A DNA stretch of 64,000 nt, taken from positions 66,378-130,377 of the forward strand of contig NW_018406643.1 in assembly GCF_002113885.1 (NCBI RefSeq). The letters are read 5' to 3'. The notes under the pieces are model-generated. The model saw only the letters and a program-made list of their open reading frames with translations, was not told the origin of the DNA and made no database searches. Made by a program: the position numbers and the translations under genes. Below are positions 1 to 11,624 of the stretch, piece after piece; position 1 is the stretch's first letter, and each line of letters begins with the position of its first letter. The DNA comes from Mizuhopecten yessoensis. Its lineage: Eukaryota.

Positions 1-360
1 AGTGTACATGAAGTAACCCCTTTACAATTGTATTTTCTCGTACCTATAACAGAGTTATCCCACGTCATAACCCATGCTAGATTGTTCTATCTCGTCCGAT
101 CTGTCTGATACCTTTACATAATATATCTTACACTACGATGTATTCATCTGCACGGTAACGGCTTGAACTTCTCATTCTGCATCATAAATATTCTGTTTTG
201 TCGTTATATGATGAAGTTGTTGGATATTTGATGTTGTAGATAAAATATATTCTACACTGTGAAATACGTTGTCTTCTTTGTGAGGACGGACTAGCTTATT
301 GTCTTTTGCAAAATTTAATAGATTTTTTTCTAACTAAAAGGTGCGCGAAAAAAAGATACC

Positions 361-497
361 TGTAACTGAGCAAGATCGGGTTATCGCAGTCCCGGGCTAA
401 GAATATGTAACATTCCAACCTCGGCTTGCGTCTCGGTTCGGATTATGTTACAGAGTCTTAACCCTCGACTGCGATAACCCGATCTCGCTCATTTACA
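361..497. mobile_element. Palindromic (hairpin) MITE-like element
   Basis: Left arm tgtaactgagcaagatcgggttatcgcagtc is nearly the reverse complement of right arm gactgcgataacccgatctcgctcatttaca; inner arms also pair around a cctcggcttgcgtctcgg centre. Confidence 0.7.
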
Positions 498-584
498 AGT
501 AAAATATTTTATTAATCTCTTTTTAGATATAATTGTAACAAAAGAGAGCTAAGGTGTAAGAGGTAAGCCGCGCTTCTTAGTTTG

Positions 585-981
585 ATAGGATGTCAGGGGT
601 TATAGCGACTGATGATAGGAAGTAGTTCAGGGGTCATAGTGACTGGTGCTTGGATGTCAGCGGTTATAGCGACTGATGATAGGAAGTAGTTCAGGGGTCA
701 TAGTGACTGGTGCTTGGATGTCAGCGGTTATAGCGACTGATGATAGGAAGTAGTTCAGGGGTCATAGTGACTGGTGCTTGGATGTCAGCGGTTATAGCGA
801 CTGATGATAGGAAGTAGTTCAGGGGTCATAGTGACTGGTGCTTGGATGTCAGCGGTTATAGCGACTGATGATAGGAAGTAGTTCAGGGGTCATAGTGACT
901 GGTGCTTGGATGTCAGCGGTTATAGCGACTGATGATAGGAAGTAGTTCAGGGGTCATAGTGACTGGTGCTTGGAGGTCAGC
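585..981. repeat. 64-bp minisatellite, ~6 near-identical copies
   Basis: Unit cggttatagcgactgatgataggaagtagttcaggggtcatagtgactggtgcttggatgtcag recurs at 661, 725, 789...; built from two related ~32-bp halves. Confidence 0.95.
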
Positions 982-991
982 GAACTTTGAA

Positions 992-1950
992 TTTGACATA
1001 TTCTCTGATAATATGTCATGGAAAAAAATAAGCCCCGATCAAGATCTACCAGAAGTATGAAGCGGTCAAGCAATACACCGAAATTTTTCGAAGTGATGGT
1101 CGTTCAAAAAAATACGTTTAAAAAACTCTATTTATAGATCTGTAACCTTGACCTTTGACATTATGATCATGAATTTGTTCGCATACCATGTGTTCGTTGT
1201 CCTCTAATACAAACTGAAATATGAACGTTATATCTTTATTCGTTCTTGAGATAGAGTGTCCACAAGATCATTTGACCCCTGTGGTCTTGAATGTAGGTCA
1301 AGGTTAATGATATCCGATAACTTTTGTAGGCAAGGCTACATACTATGGATGTTCCAAATATCAACTCTGTATGTGTCTTGATGATGGAGAAGAAGAGATT
1401 TTAGTACATTTTTGGAAATTTTGAATTTTGGCGGGAAAACGAAATTTTCAAAGTGGCATATTTTCGTCATTTTTGATGCTATGATCTTGAAACTTTGGAA
1501 ATACCTTCATTAGAACATTTTCTTTGCGATGTGATAAATTAAACTTATTATTATTTTTTCATTTTTGACCTATATTTGACCCCATAGCGTGGCTTTTAAC
1601 TTGAGATATTCTCTGAAAACATGTCATGGGGTAAAAGTTAGCCCCGACCAAGGTCTACCTGAAGTATAAGGCGTTAATGCAGTACAACGAACGGTTTTAA
1701 AGTTATAGACGTTCGAAAAAGGTTCAATAATTCTCTATTTATATATCTGTGACCTTGACCTTTGGTGTTACGATCGTGATTTTGTTCGGGTATCGTGAGA
1801 TCGTTGTCCTTTATCATGTACTGAAATATGAACGTAATATCGTTGTTCGTTCTTGAGATAAAGTGTTTACAAGATATGTGGAAATAATCGTAAGAAAAAA
1901 CAGAATAATATCAATAGATATTTCCATTCGAAATGGAAATCCCTAATTAT
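992..1950. mobile_element. Decayed non-autonomous Helentron-type (HINE) element with a duplicated ~280-bp core
   Basis: 992-1269 and 1601-1875 are diverged direct copies, both with ccttgacctttg and ctgaaatatgaacg; terminal stem-loop atttccatt-cga-aatggaaat (1920-1940) followed by ccctaat. Family assignment is inferred from architecture. Confidence 0.5.
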
Positions 1951-2000
1951 TTCAAAAACAGAAAACGTTAAAAGCCAAAATATTTTGAATGGTTGTGTTA

Positions 2001-2895
2001 CAGATGTACTCTTCTATTGTTTAAATAACGCTCAAGTTCAAATTATGATCAATTTTAAAAGCAAACACGCATCTGAAAAATATGTCAAAACCTAAATGTC
2101 TGTTGTTTGTAGAATAGTTTTATAATAATTTGAAAAAATGACGAATTCGTTGGCATTCTTGAAAATGCGATTTTCTTATGTTTCACAAAAGGCCATAATG
2201 ACACCTTTTTTGGCACTTAAACCTGAAATGTAGCAAGTTCATTTTTTTCTGTACAACTTTATAATGTTCAATATGATAAAAATAATATGCAACAAAGTGG
2301 AAAATTATACATTATTGGTGTTATTGTTTTACGTATTTAGTGTAACTAAAGCACTTTTGAGTTTTACCCCGAAAAATGTGAAAAATAACAAAATAATAAT
2401 GGGACAAAACAGAAGCACACTTTCCCCCATTTTTGCGCCTGTTTTAGAAAGAGAAACGCAATTTCTTTTGATCTATTTAATATTTTTCTTATCAAAGCGT
2501 TAAATCTGCGAAAAATAATGAAAAAAATAGTGTTTTTATAAAAAAAAAAAATGCGGGGTACGGGTAACTGAAATCGCTTTTCTGTGTAAAAAGAATAAAT
2601 TTAAGATATTATGCTTCATGATTTAAAAGAAAATACTAGTTTTATCAATTCTGCAAACATTTATATATCTGATAAGATTGTATGAATTTGTTCTGCAAAT
2701 CGTCAAAACCAAAAATATCACCTAAAAACATATATCATGTTAAATTGGTATCTTTGACTGATCGTAGCACAAAACGAACACACGGACATGGATCTTTTTC
2801 ATTTTCTACTTTGCCATTTACTCCTTCTTTCAAACATGCATGTAAGAAAAATGTTTAATACACAAATTATTTTACTTCCCAGAGGAGTACACCTG
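2001..2895. mobile_element. Non-autonomous TIR DNA transposon, TA-flanked (Tc1/mariner-type MITE)
   Basis: TA|cagatgtactcttct ... agaggagtacacctg|TA: 15-bp imperfect TIRs with TA on both sides; AT-rich non-coding interior. Confidence 0.55.
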
Positions 2896-3421
2896 TAACA
2901 ACAATGGACACATTTCTTAGCAAATTTTGAAGAAGATGAAACTGGCAGAGAAAATAAGAAAAAAAGACTTGAGTATAATTATCATAACGAAAAGAAAAAA
3001 AGTCGAATATCTGAAATGAAAAATAACTGCAAGTAAAACAAACATAGGAAATTAGAAAAAAACCTCAGTAAAATATCCATAGCGAAAAGTAGAAAAGTCG
3101 AATTGCTATTGTGAAAAAATAAAAAAGTAAAACAGTCATAAAAAATAAGAAACAACCCCGAGTGGAACAGCCATTGCGAAAACAAAGCCCCAAAAGTACT
3201 ACGAAAATAACCGAGATTAACAGCTACAGAGTAAAAAGACTAATAAACAAAACTGGGAAAATACCAATATGAACAATAACAGAAATAAACCGAATAAAAT
3301 ATCCATAGGGGTGAAAAACCCGAGTTATATTAAATTTTCTTATACGGGTGAGCTCATCATTTCGATCAGTTGATAAAAGCCAGTGTTACAGTGAAATTAC
3401 GTGGAGTTTGTGTCTCGACTT

Positions 3422-3720
3422 ATTTTTACTCTAACACATACCAAACGCTGATCTAAATGTGTTTTTTTACTCTAACATATACTAAACGCTGATCTTAATG
3501 TGTTTTTTAATCTAACATATACCAAACGCTGATCTAAATGTGTTTTTTTACTCTAACATATACTAAACGCTGATCTAAATGTGTTGTTTGTTTACTCTAA
3601 AATATACTAAACGCTGATCTAAATGTGTTTTTTTACTCTAACATATAATAAACGCTGATCTAAATGTGTTTTTTTTACTCTAACACACATATATACTAAA
3701 CGCTGACCTAAAGTGTTTTT
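3422..3720. repeat. ~41-bp minisatellite, ~7 copies
   Basis: Unit actctaacatatactaaacgctgatctaaatgtgttttttt with variable T-run. Confidence 0.9.
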
Positions 3721-3736
3721 TTCAGAATGCTAACAC

Positions 3737-5190
3737 TGTGTGTACGCAGTGTGACATTGTTTTTTTCAGTGTTTGACAACAATGTGTGTTCGCAGTGTGA
3801 CATTGGTGTTCAGTGTTTGACAACAATGTGTGTACGCAGTGTGACATTGGTGTTCAGTGTTTGACAACAATGTGTGTTCGCTGTGTGACATTGGTGTTCA
3901 GTGTTTGACAACAATGTGTGTTCGCAGTGTGACATTGTTGTTCACTGTTTCACAACAATGTGTGTTCGCTGTGTGACATTGGTGTTCAGTGTTTGACAAC
4001 AATGTGTGTTCGCAGTGTGACATTGTTTTTTCAGTGTTTGACAACAATTTGTGTTCGCAGTGTGACATTGTTTTTTCAGTGTTTGACAACAATGTGTGTT
4101 CGCAGTGTGACATTGTTGTTCAATATTTGACAACAATGTGTGTTAGCAGTGTGACATTGTTTTTCAGTGTTTGACAACAATATGTGTTCGCTGTGTCACA
4201 TTGGTGTTCAGTGTTTCACAACAATGTGTGTACGCCGTGTGACATTGTTTTTCAGTGTTTGACAACAATTTGTGTTCGCAGTTTGACATTGTTTTTTCAG
4301 TGTTTGACAATAATGTGTGTTCGCAGTGTGACATTGTTTTTCAGTGTTTCACAACAATGTGTGTTCGCAGTGTGACATTGGTGTTCAGTGTTAAACAACA
4401 ATATGTGTTCGCTGTGTGACATTGGTGTTCAGTGTTTCACAACAATGTGTGTACGCAGTGTGACATTGTTTTTCAGTGTTTGACAACAATGTGTGTTCGC
4501 AGTGTGACATTGTTTTTCAGTGTTTGACAACAATGTGTGTTTGCAGTGTGACATTGTTTTTCAGTGTTTGACAACAATGTGTGTTTGCAGTGTGACATTG
4601 TTTTTCAGTGTTTGACAACAATGTGTGTTTGCAGTGTGACATTGTTTTTCAGTGTTTGACAACAATGTGTGTTTGCAGTGTGACATTGTTTTTCAGTGTT
4701 TGACAACAATGTGTGTTTGCAGTGTGACATTGTTTTTCAGTGTTTGACAACAATGTGTGTTTGCAGTGTGACATTGTTTTTCAGTGTTTGACAACAATGT
4801 GTGTTTGCAGTGTGACATTGTTTTTCAGTGTTTGACAACAATGTGTGTTTGCAGTGTGACATTGTTTTTCAGTGTTTGACAACAATGTGTGTTTGCAGTG
4901 TGACATTGTTTTTCAGTGTTTCACAACAATGTGTGTTTGCAGTGTGACATTGTTTTTCAGTGTTTGACAACAATGTGTGTTCGCAGTGTGACATTGTTGT
5001 TCAGTGTTTGACAACAATGTTTGTTTGCAGTGTGACATTGTTTTTCAGTGTTTGACAACAATGTGTGTTCGCAGTGTGACATTGTTGTTCAATGTTTGAC
5101 AACAATATGTGTTCGCTGTTTGACATTGGTGTTCAGTGTGTGACAACAATGTGTGTTCGCAGTGTGACATTGTTTTTCAGTTTTTGACAA
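3737..5190. repeat. 44-bp minisatellite, ~33 copies
   Basis: Unit cagtgtttgacaacaatgtgtgttYgcagtgtgacattgttttt (e.g. 4562, 4606); a homogeneous block lies at ~4520-4960. Confidence 0.97.
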
Positions 5191-5319
5191 GAAACAGTCG
5201 AAAATCGTTACTATCTTCACCTTATAACGAACGTTATGATAAAAACGTTTTCCGCATCTCGTTTATCTGTCGCATAAAATTTAAAATATTTATTTTTTAA
5301 TTTTTTCTTTTAATTTCAG

Positions 5320-5460
5320 GGAAAAAATCTAACCAAAGACAGTTTCTTGGACTCCGGAATCCATCAGAATGCTATGATGCCTTTAACTCATTCATCCCTG
5401 AAGACACATTTGAACACTTCTAATTCAAAGGTTGGAATAGTTCATTATGAAATTACAGAG
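5320..5460 (+). CDS. Probable internal (stem-region) exon of the carbohydrate sulfotransferase
   Basis: Strong acceptor ttttttcttttaatttcag, 141-nt open phase 0-0 exon (GKNLTKDSFLDSG...VHYEITE), donor gag|gtaaat; joins in frame to the exon at 7086. Confidence 0.6.
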
Positions 5461-6581
5461 GTAAATGACCTTTTAGAAAACAATGTTATAGTTCAATGAT
5501 AGTTCGCTTCTACTGTAATAGTAAGGCACATACATTGAGATAGGTCAGTTTACTGCAGTTGTATTTTATCCTAGTATATATGTTTATGTAAATATATACA
5601 TCACCGTTTCCTCACATCTCTATCAACAAATACCCATATATGAAGTAGTACAACATGTTTGCAAATGTGCTAATTAACATTATAAAATAATAACGACATA
5701 CAACATTTATATAGCGCCATTTATAATTTGTAAAATTACTCTAAGACGCTTTACAACACATGAATAACAGTATATTCCTACAGTGACGGTTAAGATAGAA
5801 CGGCTTTTACATGCTATTTCAGAATTGAGATGTCATACTTACCATGCTAACTGAACTCATCATATTTTGCAGACAGATTCTCGTTATTCTTCGCTTCTAC
5901 AAGTAGTTTTTTCATTTTACTATGTAAAATATATAGAGGAAACTATTTACGTAGACAATTGTATATCCTTCATTAAAGCTAAAGCAAACATTCGGTATCC
6001 GATGTCGCCTCACGGTATCTAATTACTAGACAATCTTGTAGTGTGAAGGTTTTGCAAAGTATTTTGATTTTAATGTATACATCTGTTTTACCATATTTTT
6101 CTTGCTCATCTCTTGCATCCTTTCCTTTTAAATTCCATCAGCAAAATAAGTGTTTGTGGTGTTGGCATCATCATTACCCGGATAATTTGTCATACCTAAA
6201 ACACAGTGGTTAACGGCGTTATCTACCCTGGCGTGCTGAATCTGTTTCCAAACATTAAGGGTGTCGTTCCATGTATGTGTATTAGGTTCATCTTGAAATA
6301 AATGTAAAAAGGTTCATCTTTTAAGATACAAGGTGGTAGACTCTGATCTGCTGATGGACTTCTTAGTCTCCGAAGTTTCCCGAACTTTGATGGCCTCAAT
6401 TATCTCAGTTGAGTAGTGGCACGGATCTGAGCATGCACAATATACTCGTTAGTTATTAATATGCAATGAGCCAGTGCTCCTCTAATATTTTAAATTCGTG
6501 TTATAAAGGGGTTTTGCACATCTCCCCTTCTGTTTCAACAATAGTTAAGATTAATTTGGAGTTCCAACGTTTCGGCTCCTA

Positions 6582-6625
6582 GCATCACCGATGAGTCCTA
6601 GAAGGACGAAATAGATGTATGGTGC
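6582..6625 (+). ncRNA. Degenerate minimal type I hammerhead ribozyme motif in a dispersed repeat (Penelope/retrozyme-like relic)
   Basis: GCATCA-CCGATGA-GTCC(tagaa)GGAC-GAAA-tagat-GTA-TGGTGC: stem I, core with U4>C change, stem II, GAAA, GUA triplet. Flanking sequence 6528-6680 has a more decayed copy at ~16512-16652. Confidence 0.55.
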
Positions 6626-7085
6626 AGAGTAAATACTTTTGGTGTGCTGTATCTATTATCAAATCATAAAGGTGCAATTCAATGCGTGTATCTTGGGTTC
6701 ATCTTTCATATCTAAGTTTTAACACTATCATAATTCATTTCTCCAGATGTTGATATCATGAGAGCTCTTTTCTCCAGATATTTACATCATATAAGCTATG
6801 TTCTACAGGTGTTCAGTGTGTTAATCTCTTTTAAAATGTTTGACAATATCAGTTATATTTTTTTTTATTTTATTTTTTTGATATATTGACAAAATCATAG
6901 CATTTTTTCACTGTGTTGGCAATATCATATTTTCTTTTGCACCGTGTTGACAATGTCATATTTTCTTCTTATGTGTTGTAAATATCATAATTTTGAATCT
7001 AAATGCCCTATAGCATATCGCCAATACATCTTTAGAGTGTTTAGTTTAATACAATAAACAGTGTATCTTTTGTTTATTTAAACAG

Positions 7086-8147
7086 GAAGATGAGGATAGT
7101 TTTGAAAAAAGGCGGGACCATCTACTTGAAGTCTGCAACTCTAGTTTCGTTGATAAATCGGGTCAAACATTTCCGAATGTGAAAAGCAAGTACCTCTTGT
7201 ACGATTCTAAACATAACTTTGTCTTCTGTATGGTACAGAAAGTAGGCTGCACATTCTGGCGACGAGTATTCTATTCACTAAAACACAAGGAAATTTCAAA
7301 TATATATTCCATTAATAATCATAAAGTCCATGATAAACATATTCCTACCTTAGGGCAGTTCGATGTCATTGAAGCCAAACGTGTTTTAAGATCAGCAACA
7401 ACGGCAATGTTTGTTAGAGAACCTTACGAACGTGCTTTTTCTGGATACTTAGATAAGCTTCACACAATAAATCCTAATTACATGAAAAATCTTGGGAGGC
7501 CTATCATAAAAATGATGAGGAAAAATGCAACAACTAAAAGTTTAAACTGTGGTCATGATGTGACATTCACAGAACTGATACGATATTTAGTGGAACAGAA
7601 AAGAAATGGTCAGCTACTAAACATCGATCACCATTTCTCACCTATATACACTCACTGCTTACCTTGCGATATCAAATACGATTTTATAGGTAAAATGGAA
7701 TCTTTTGACGAAGATACGTCATATGTGATGAGTAAAACCAACATGTTTCAGAATAAATCAATTTCAATGTCAAAAAATGCCTCTATAATAGATGACCTAT
7801 ACACTAAGATGATAGATGCGTTTAACGCTCAGAAAACAATGTCAGATTGTATGACCTTGAGAGAGATGTATGGTCGTGTTTGGAGGACACTCCAACTTCG
7901 TGGCTTAGTGAACCCGGATGTACCGATGCCCGATTCTCAAAACGTTACCTTGGATATGATGCTCCGCGAGGCGGTCAAGGTCAGTGACCCATCACGTGTG
8001 TCCGAGTACAAACACGAAGGGTTTGTTAAGATGTATAAAACTGTGGACAGACAGCTACTGCTAGAGTTTAGGGAGTACGTTCTGAAAGACTGTAAACTAT
8101 TCGGATATGACGATAAACCTCCAGATCTATTTTCATGGCAACGATAA
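7086..8147 (+). CDS. Carbohydrate sulfotransferase, Sulfotransfer_2 family (CHST11/CHST8/HNK-1ST-like), terminal catalytic exon
   Basis: Acceptor ttttgtttatttaaacag|GAA in frame with ORF 7179-8147. Motifs: RRDHLLEVC; 5'-PSB FCMVQKVGCTFWRR; 3'-PB FVREPYERAFSGYLDK; HFSPIYTHCLPCDIKYDFIGKMESF; C-terminal DCKLFGY. The N-terminal TM exon was not found in the window. Confidence 0.93.
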   Translation, partial: EDEDSFEKRRDHLLEVCNSSFVDKSGQTFPNVKSKYLLYDSKHNFVFCMVQKVGCTFWRRVFYSLKHKEISNIYSINNHKVHDKHIPTLGQFDVIEAKRVLRSATTAMFVREPYERAFSGYLDKLHTINPNYMKNLGRPIIKMMRKNATTKSLNCGHDVTFTELIRYLVEQKRNGQLLNIDHHFSPIYTHCLPCDIKYDFIGKMESFDEDTSYVMSKTNMFQNKSISMSKNASIIDDLYTKMIDAFNAQKTMSDCMTLREMYGRVWRTLQLRGLVNPDVPMPDSQNVTLDMMLREAVKVSDPSRVSEYKHEGFVKMYKTVDRQLLLEFREYVLKDCKLFGYDDKPPDLFSWQR

Positions 8148-10196
8148 GATATGTGTGTGTTCGATATCTGTTATGGTATTGTGAGAAAACAGGTAATACT
8201 AACCTAAATGTTTTTATGCTCTCCTTGTATATCCCTTTATTGCCAACTTAGTATTATATCGGCGTATGTAGCAGCTATCACTGGTGTAGGGTATTTGCTT
8301 AGTCGGATGTTTGCTTTTGAGACGACCGGATTTCGCCGGAAATTGGAATGCACAGAGATCGACAACAAAGCCAGCCATACAAGGAGGGACATTATTCCTA
8401 CACAAGCGCCGACCATCAGTGCTGCCCATGTACTGAAATCAGCACAACCATGTTAGGGAACGTTATGATAGACTTAAGGGTGTTGTTAGCTCAGGGGGGA
8501 GGGGTTGGGTATCATTGATGCACGTATCATTTATCATGTTTTAACGACGAACTTAGCCGTGGTTTATCAAATAAACATCAGTTAACTTTGGACAAGGTGT
8601 TGATTCTTTGGAATAACCGCGGGTCAGTTTGTTGGTAGGTTTGGAAAAAAACCTAAATATAATACGATTCCTTTCATCTGGATAGGCTCTCCGCTCGGAG
8701 GTCCTATTCCCATTGCTTCAATATACTAAGGATTTGATACATATACTAAAACACAGTTTTCATTATATTAAGCAAGCAATTTGTGTAATCTGTGATTGTA
8801 TGTAGATAATTGGCAAAAATCACGGCGACATTAATAACAAATCTGACTATTAATAACTAAGCGAGGTTCCATGGAGAAAATTTAAAATTATTCATTTAAG
8901 ATACTGAAAGAACAGAACAATTACCTAGATGTATTCAATATTTTCCGACAATCTCGTCGGAGTCCATTCCCACAAGACATTGTATGATGCGAGTAAACAT
9001 CTAAGAAAGATGCAAAAAGAAGCCCCTGAAACTTGTCATGGTCTTCAAGGCGTGAAACAAATGATCGTAATTCTTGTAAATACTTTTCGAAAAGTTTCGA
9101 AATGTGTTTCAAATCCTCGAATAATCATGATTTTATGTATTATCTTTAAAATAACAGTAAAGATGATGATAGTTAGTAGAACTACAAAATTTAAGACAAA
9201 ATCAAACAGGAAACGCAGAAATGCAAGCGAAACTCATTGGAACGTTAGGCAACAACGTAACCGGAGAAGATCATACAGATGTGTGACCGCACACCGCACC
9301 AAAAATAGCGTGCGCACATCGTGCATACATCGTGCACACCGTCCACACATCGTCCGCACATGGTGCGCACAACTGTGTGATTTCACAATCGTTCGCTCCT
9401 TTTTGCGCTTCTCTCCGCACAACTGTGCGAATTGGTACAATTTGTTGATCAATATTACGAATTGAAAACATACGGAAGGCTCGTATGCAATAATGTACAC
9501 TGTATATAGGAATTTCTCATCACAACAATTGAGATTGTGTACAGTTGTACAATGCGTGTTACACAATATTACAAAGATCGTTAGACTGTCAGAAATGGGT
9601 TTGGCTACAGGTAAATAACAATTTGCTGAGTCCCCGGAGTTTTACCTAGCCTGTGCCTGACACAGGTAGCTGATATATGATACCGTATGACTGTTATGAA
9701 AACAAAACTGGACGTTTAGTTGTTAGATGCATTCGGTTTGGTCTATAGCTCCCCTTCATCTGGATTAGTGCCCCGGGTAAGGAAAACTTCGGTCCAGGTA
9801 CGTACCTGTACAAAGTGGCTATGTTTACCTGTATATGGGACCAACTCCATATTTGTTGTAATTTTACATGTGTCGATTTAGGTCGATTAAAAAACACCGA
9901 AGCACCATTTCTAAATTTAAGAAAGTATAGATAGAAAGATAAGCTTAAAGATGAAGCTAGAATATAGAAACAAACTTACAAATTCAAGTTTATATGTTTA
10001 AACACGAAACCGTATATATTGTAAAGCCATTCCTCAATTTACACCAACCACGATAGTTATCGCACTACGATTGTCCACCGTCCTCACAAATGTGCGCAGG
10101 CAATGATCGTCCAGATTTGTATCGTTCGCACATCGTGCACACATCGTTCACACACCGTGCACACACCGTGCACACATCGTGCGCAGACAGCACATT

Positions 10197-11620
10197 GACA
10201 TCGAACAAAACAAACAGTAAATACATATAGTATAGCTAGTATATAGTGGGAGACATCGAACAAAACAAACAGTAAATGCATATAGTATAGCTAGTACATA
10301 GTGGGAGACATCTAATAAAACAAACAGTAAATACATAAAGTATAGCTAATACATAGCGGGAGACATCGAACAAAACAAACAGTTAATACATGAAGTATAG
10401 CTAATACATAGTGGGAGACATCGAAAAAAACCAACAGTAAATACATAAAGTATAGCTAATACATAGTGGGAGACATCGAACAAAACAAACAGTAAATACA
10501 TAAAGTATAGCTAATTCATAGCGGGAGACATCGAACAAAACAAACAGTAAATACATATAGTATAGCTAGTATATAGTGGGAAACATCGAACAAAACAAAC
10601 AGTAGATACATATAGTATAACTAATACATAGTGGGAGACATCGAACAAAACAAACAATAAATACATAGAGTATAGCTAATATATAGTGGGAGACATCGAA
10701 CAAAACAAACAGTAAATACATAGAGTATAGCTAATATATAGTGGGAGACATCGAACAAAACAATCAGTAAAACATATAGTAAAGCTTGTATATAGTGGGA
10801 GAAATCGAACAAAACAATCAGTAAATACATATAGTATAGCTAATACATAGTGGGTGACATCGAACAAAACAAACAGTAAATACATAAAATATGGCTAATA
10901 CATAGTGGGAGACATCGAACAAAACAATCAGTAAATACAAATATTAAAGCTAGTATATAGTGGGAGACATCGAACAAAACAAACAGTTACCACATATAGT
11001 ATAACTAATACATAGTGGGAGACATCGAACAAAACAAACAGTAAATACATTTTACATAGTGGGAGACATCGAACATAAACAATCAGTTACAATGTAATAC
11101 ATATAGTATAGCTAATACATAATGGGAGACGTCAAACAAAACAGACAGTAAATACATAGAGAGAGACATCGAACAAAACAAACAGTAAATACATAGAGTA
11201 AAGCTAATATATAGTGAGAGACATCGAACAAAACAAACAGTAAATACATAGAGTAAAGCTAATACATAGTGGGAGACATCGAACAAAACAAACAATAAAT
11301 ACATAGAGTATAGCTAATACATATTGGGAGACATCGAACAAAACAAACAGTAGACACTTAGAGTATAGCTAATACATAGTGGGAGACGTCGAACAAAACA
11401 AATAGTAAATACATAGAGTATAGCTAATACATAGTGGGAGACATCGAACAAAACAAACAGTAAATACATAGTGGGAGACGTCGAACAAAACAATCAGTTA
11501 CAATGTAATACATATAGTATAGCTAGTATATAGTGGGAGACATCGAACAAAACAAACAGTAAATACATAGTGAGAGACATCGAACAAAACAAAGGGTAAA
11601 TACAAATAGTATAACTAATT
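10197..11620. repeat. 55-bp minisatellite, ~26 copies
   Basis: Unit gacatcgaacaaaacaaacagtaaatacatatagtatagctaatacatagtggga (10197, 10252...); several truncated units toward the 3' end. Confidence 0.97.
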
Positions 11621-11624
11621 ACAA

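Noticed and set aside
3898-4375. Cys/His-rich ORFs resembling zinc fingers
   Set aside because: Translations of the 44-bp minisatellite in several frames.
8929-9566. 178-aa ORF and antisense ORFs
   Set aside because: No recognisable motif; overlaps cgtgcacacatc low-complexity repeats also seen at 10120-10190, probably decayed transposon sequence.
10084-11304. Hydrophobic minus-strand ORFs resembling membrane peptides
   Set aside because: Translations of the 55-bp minisatellite.
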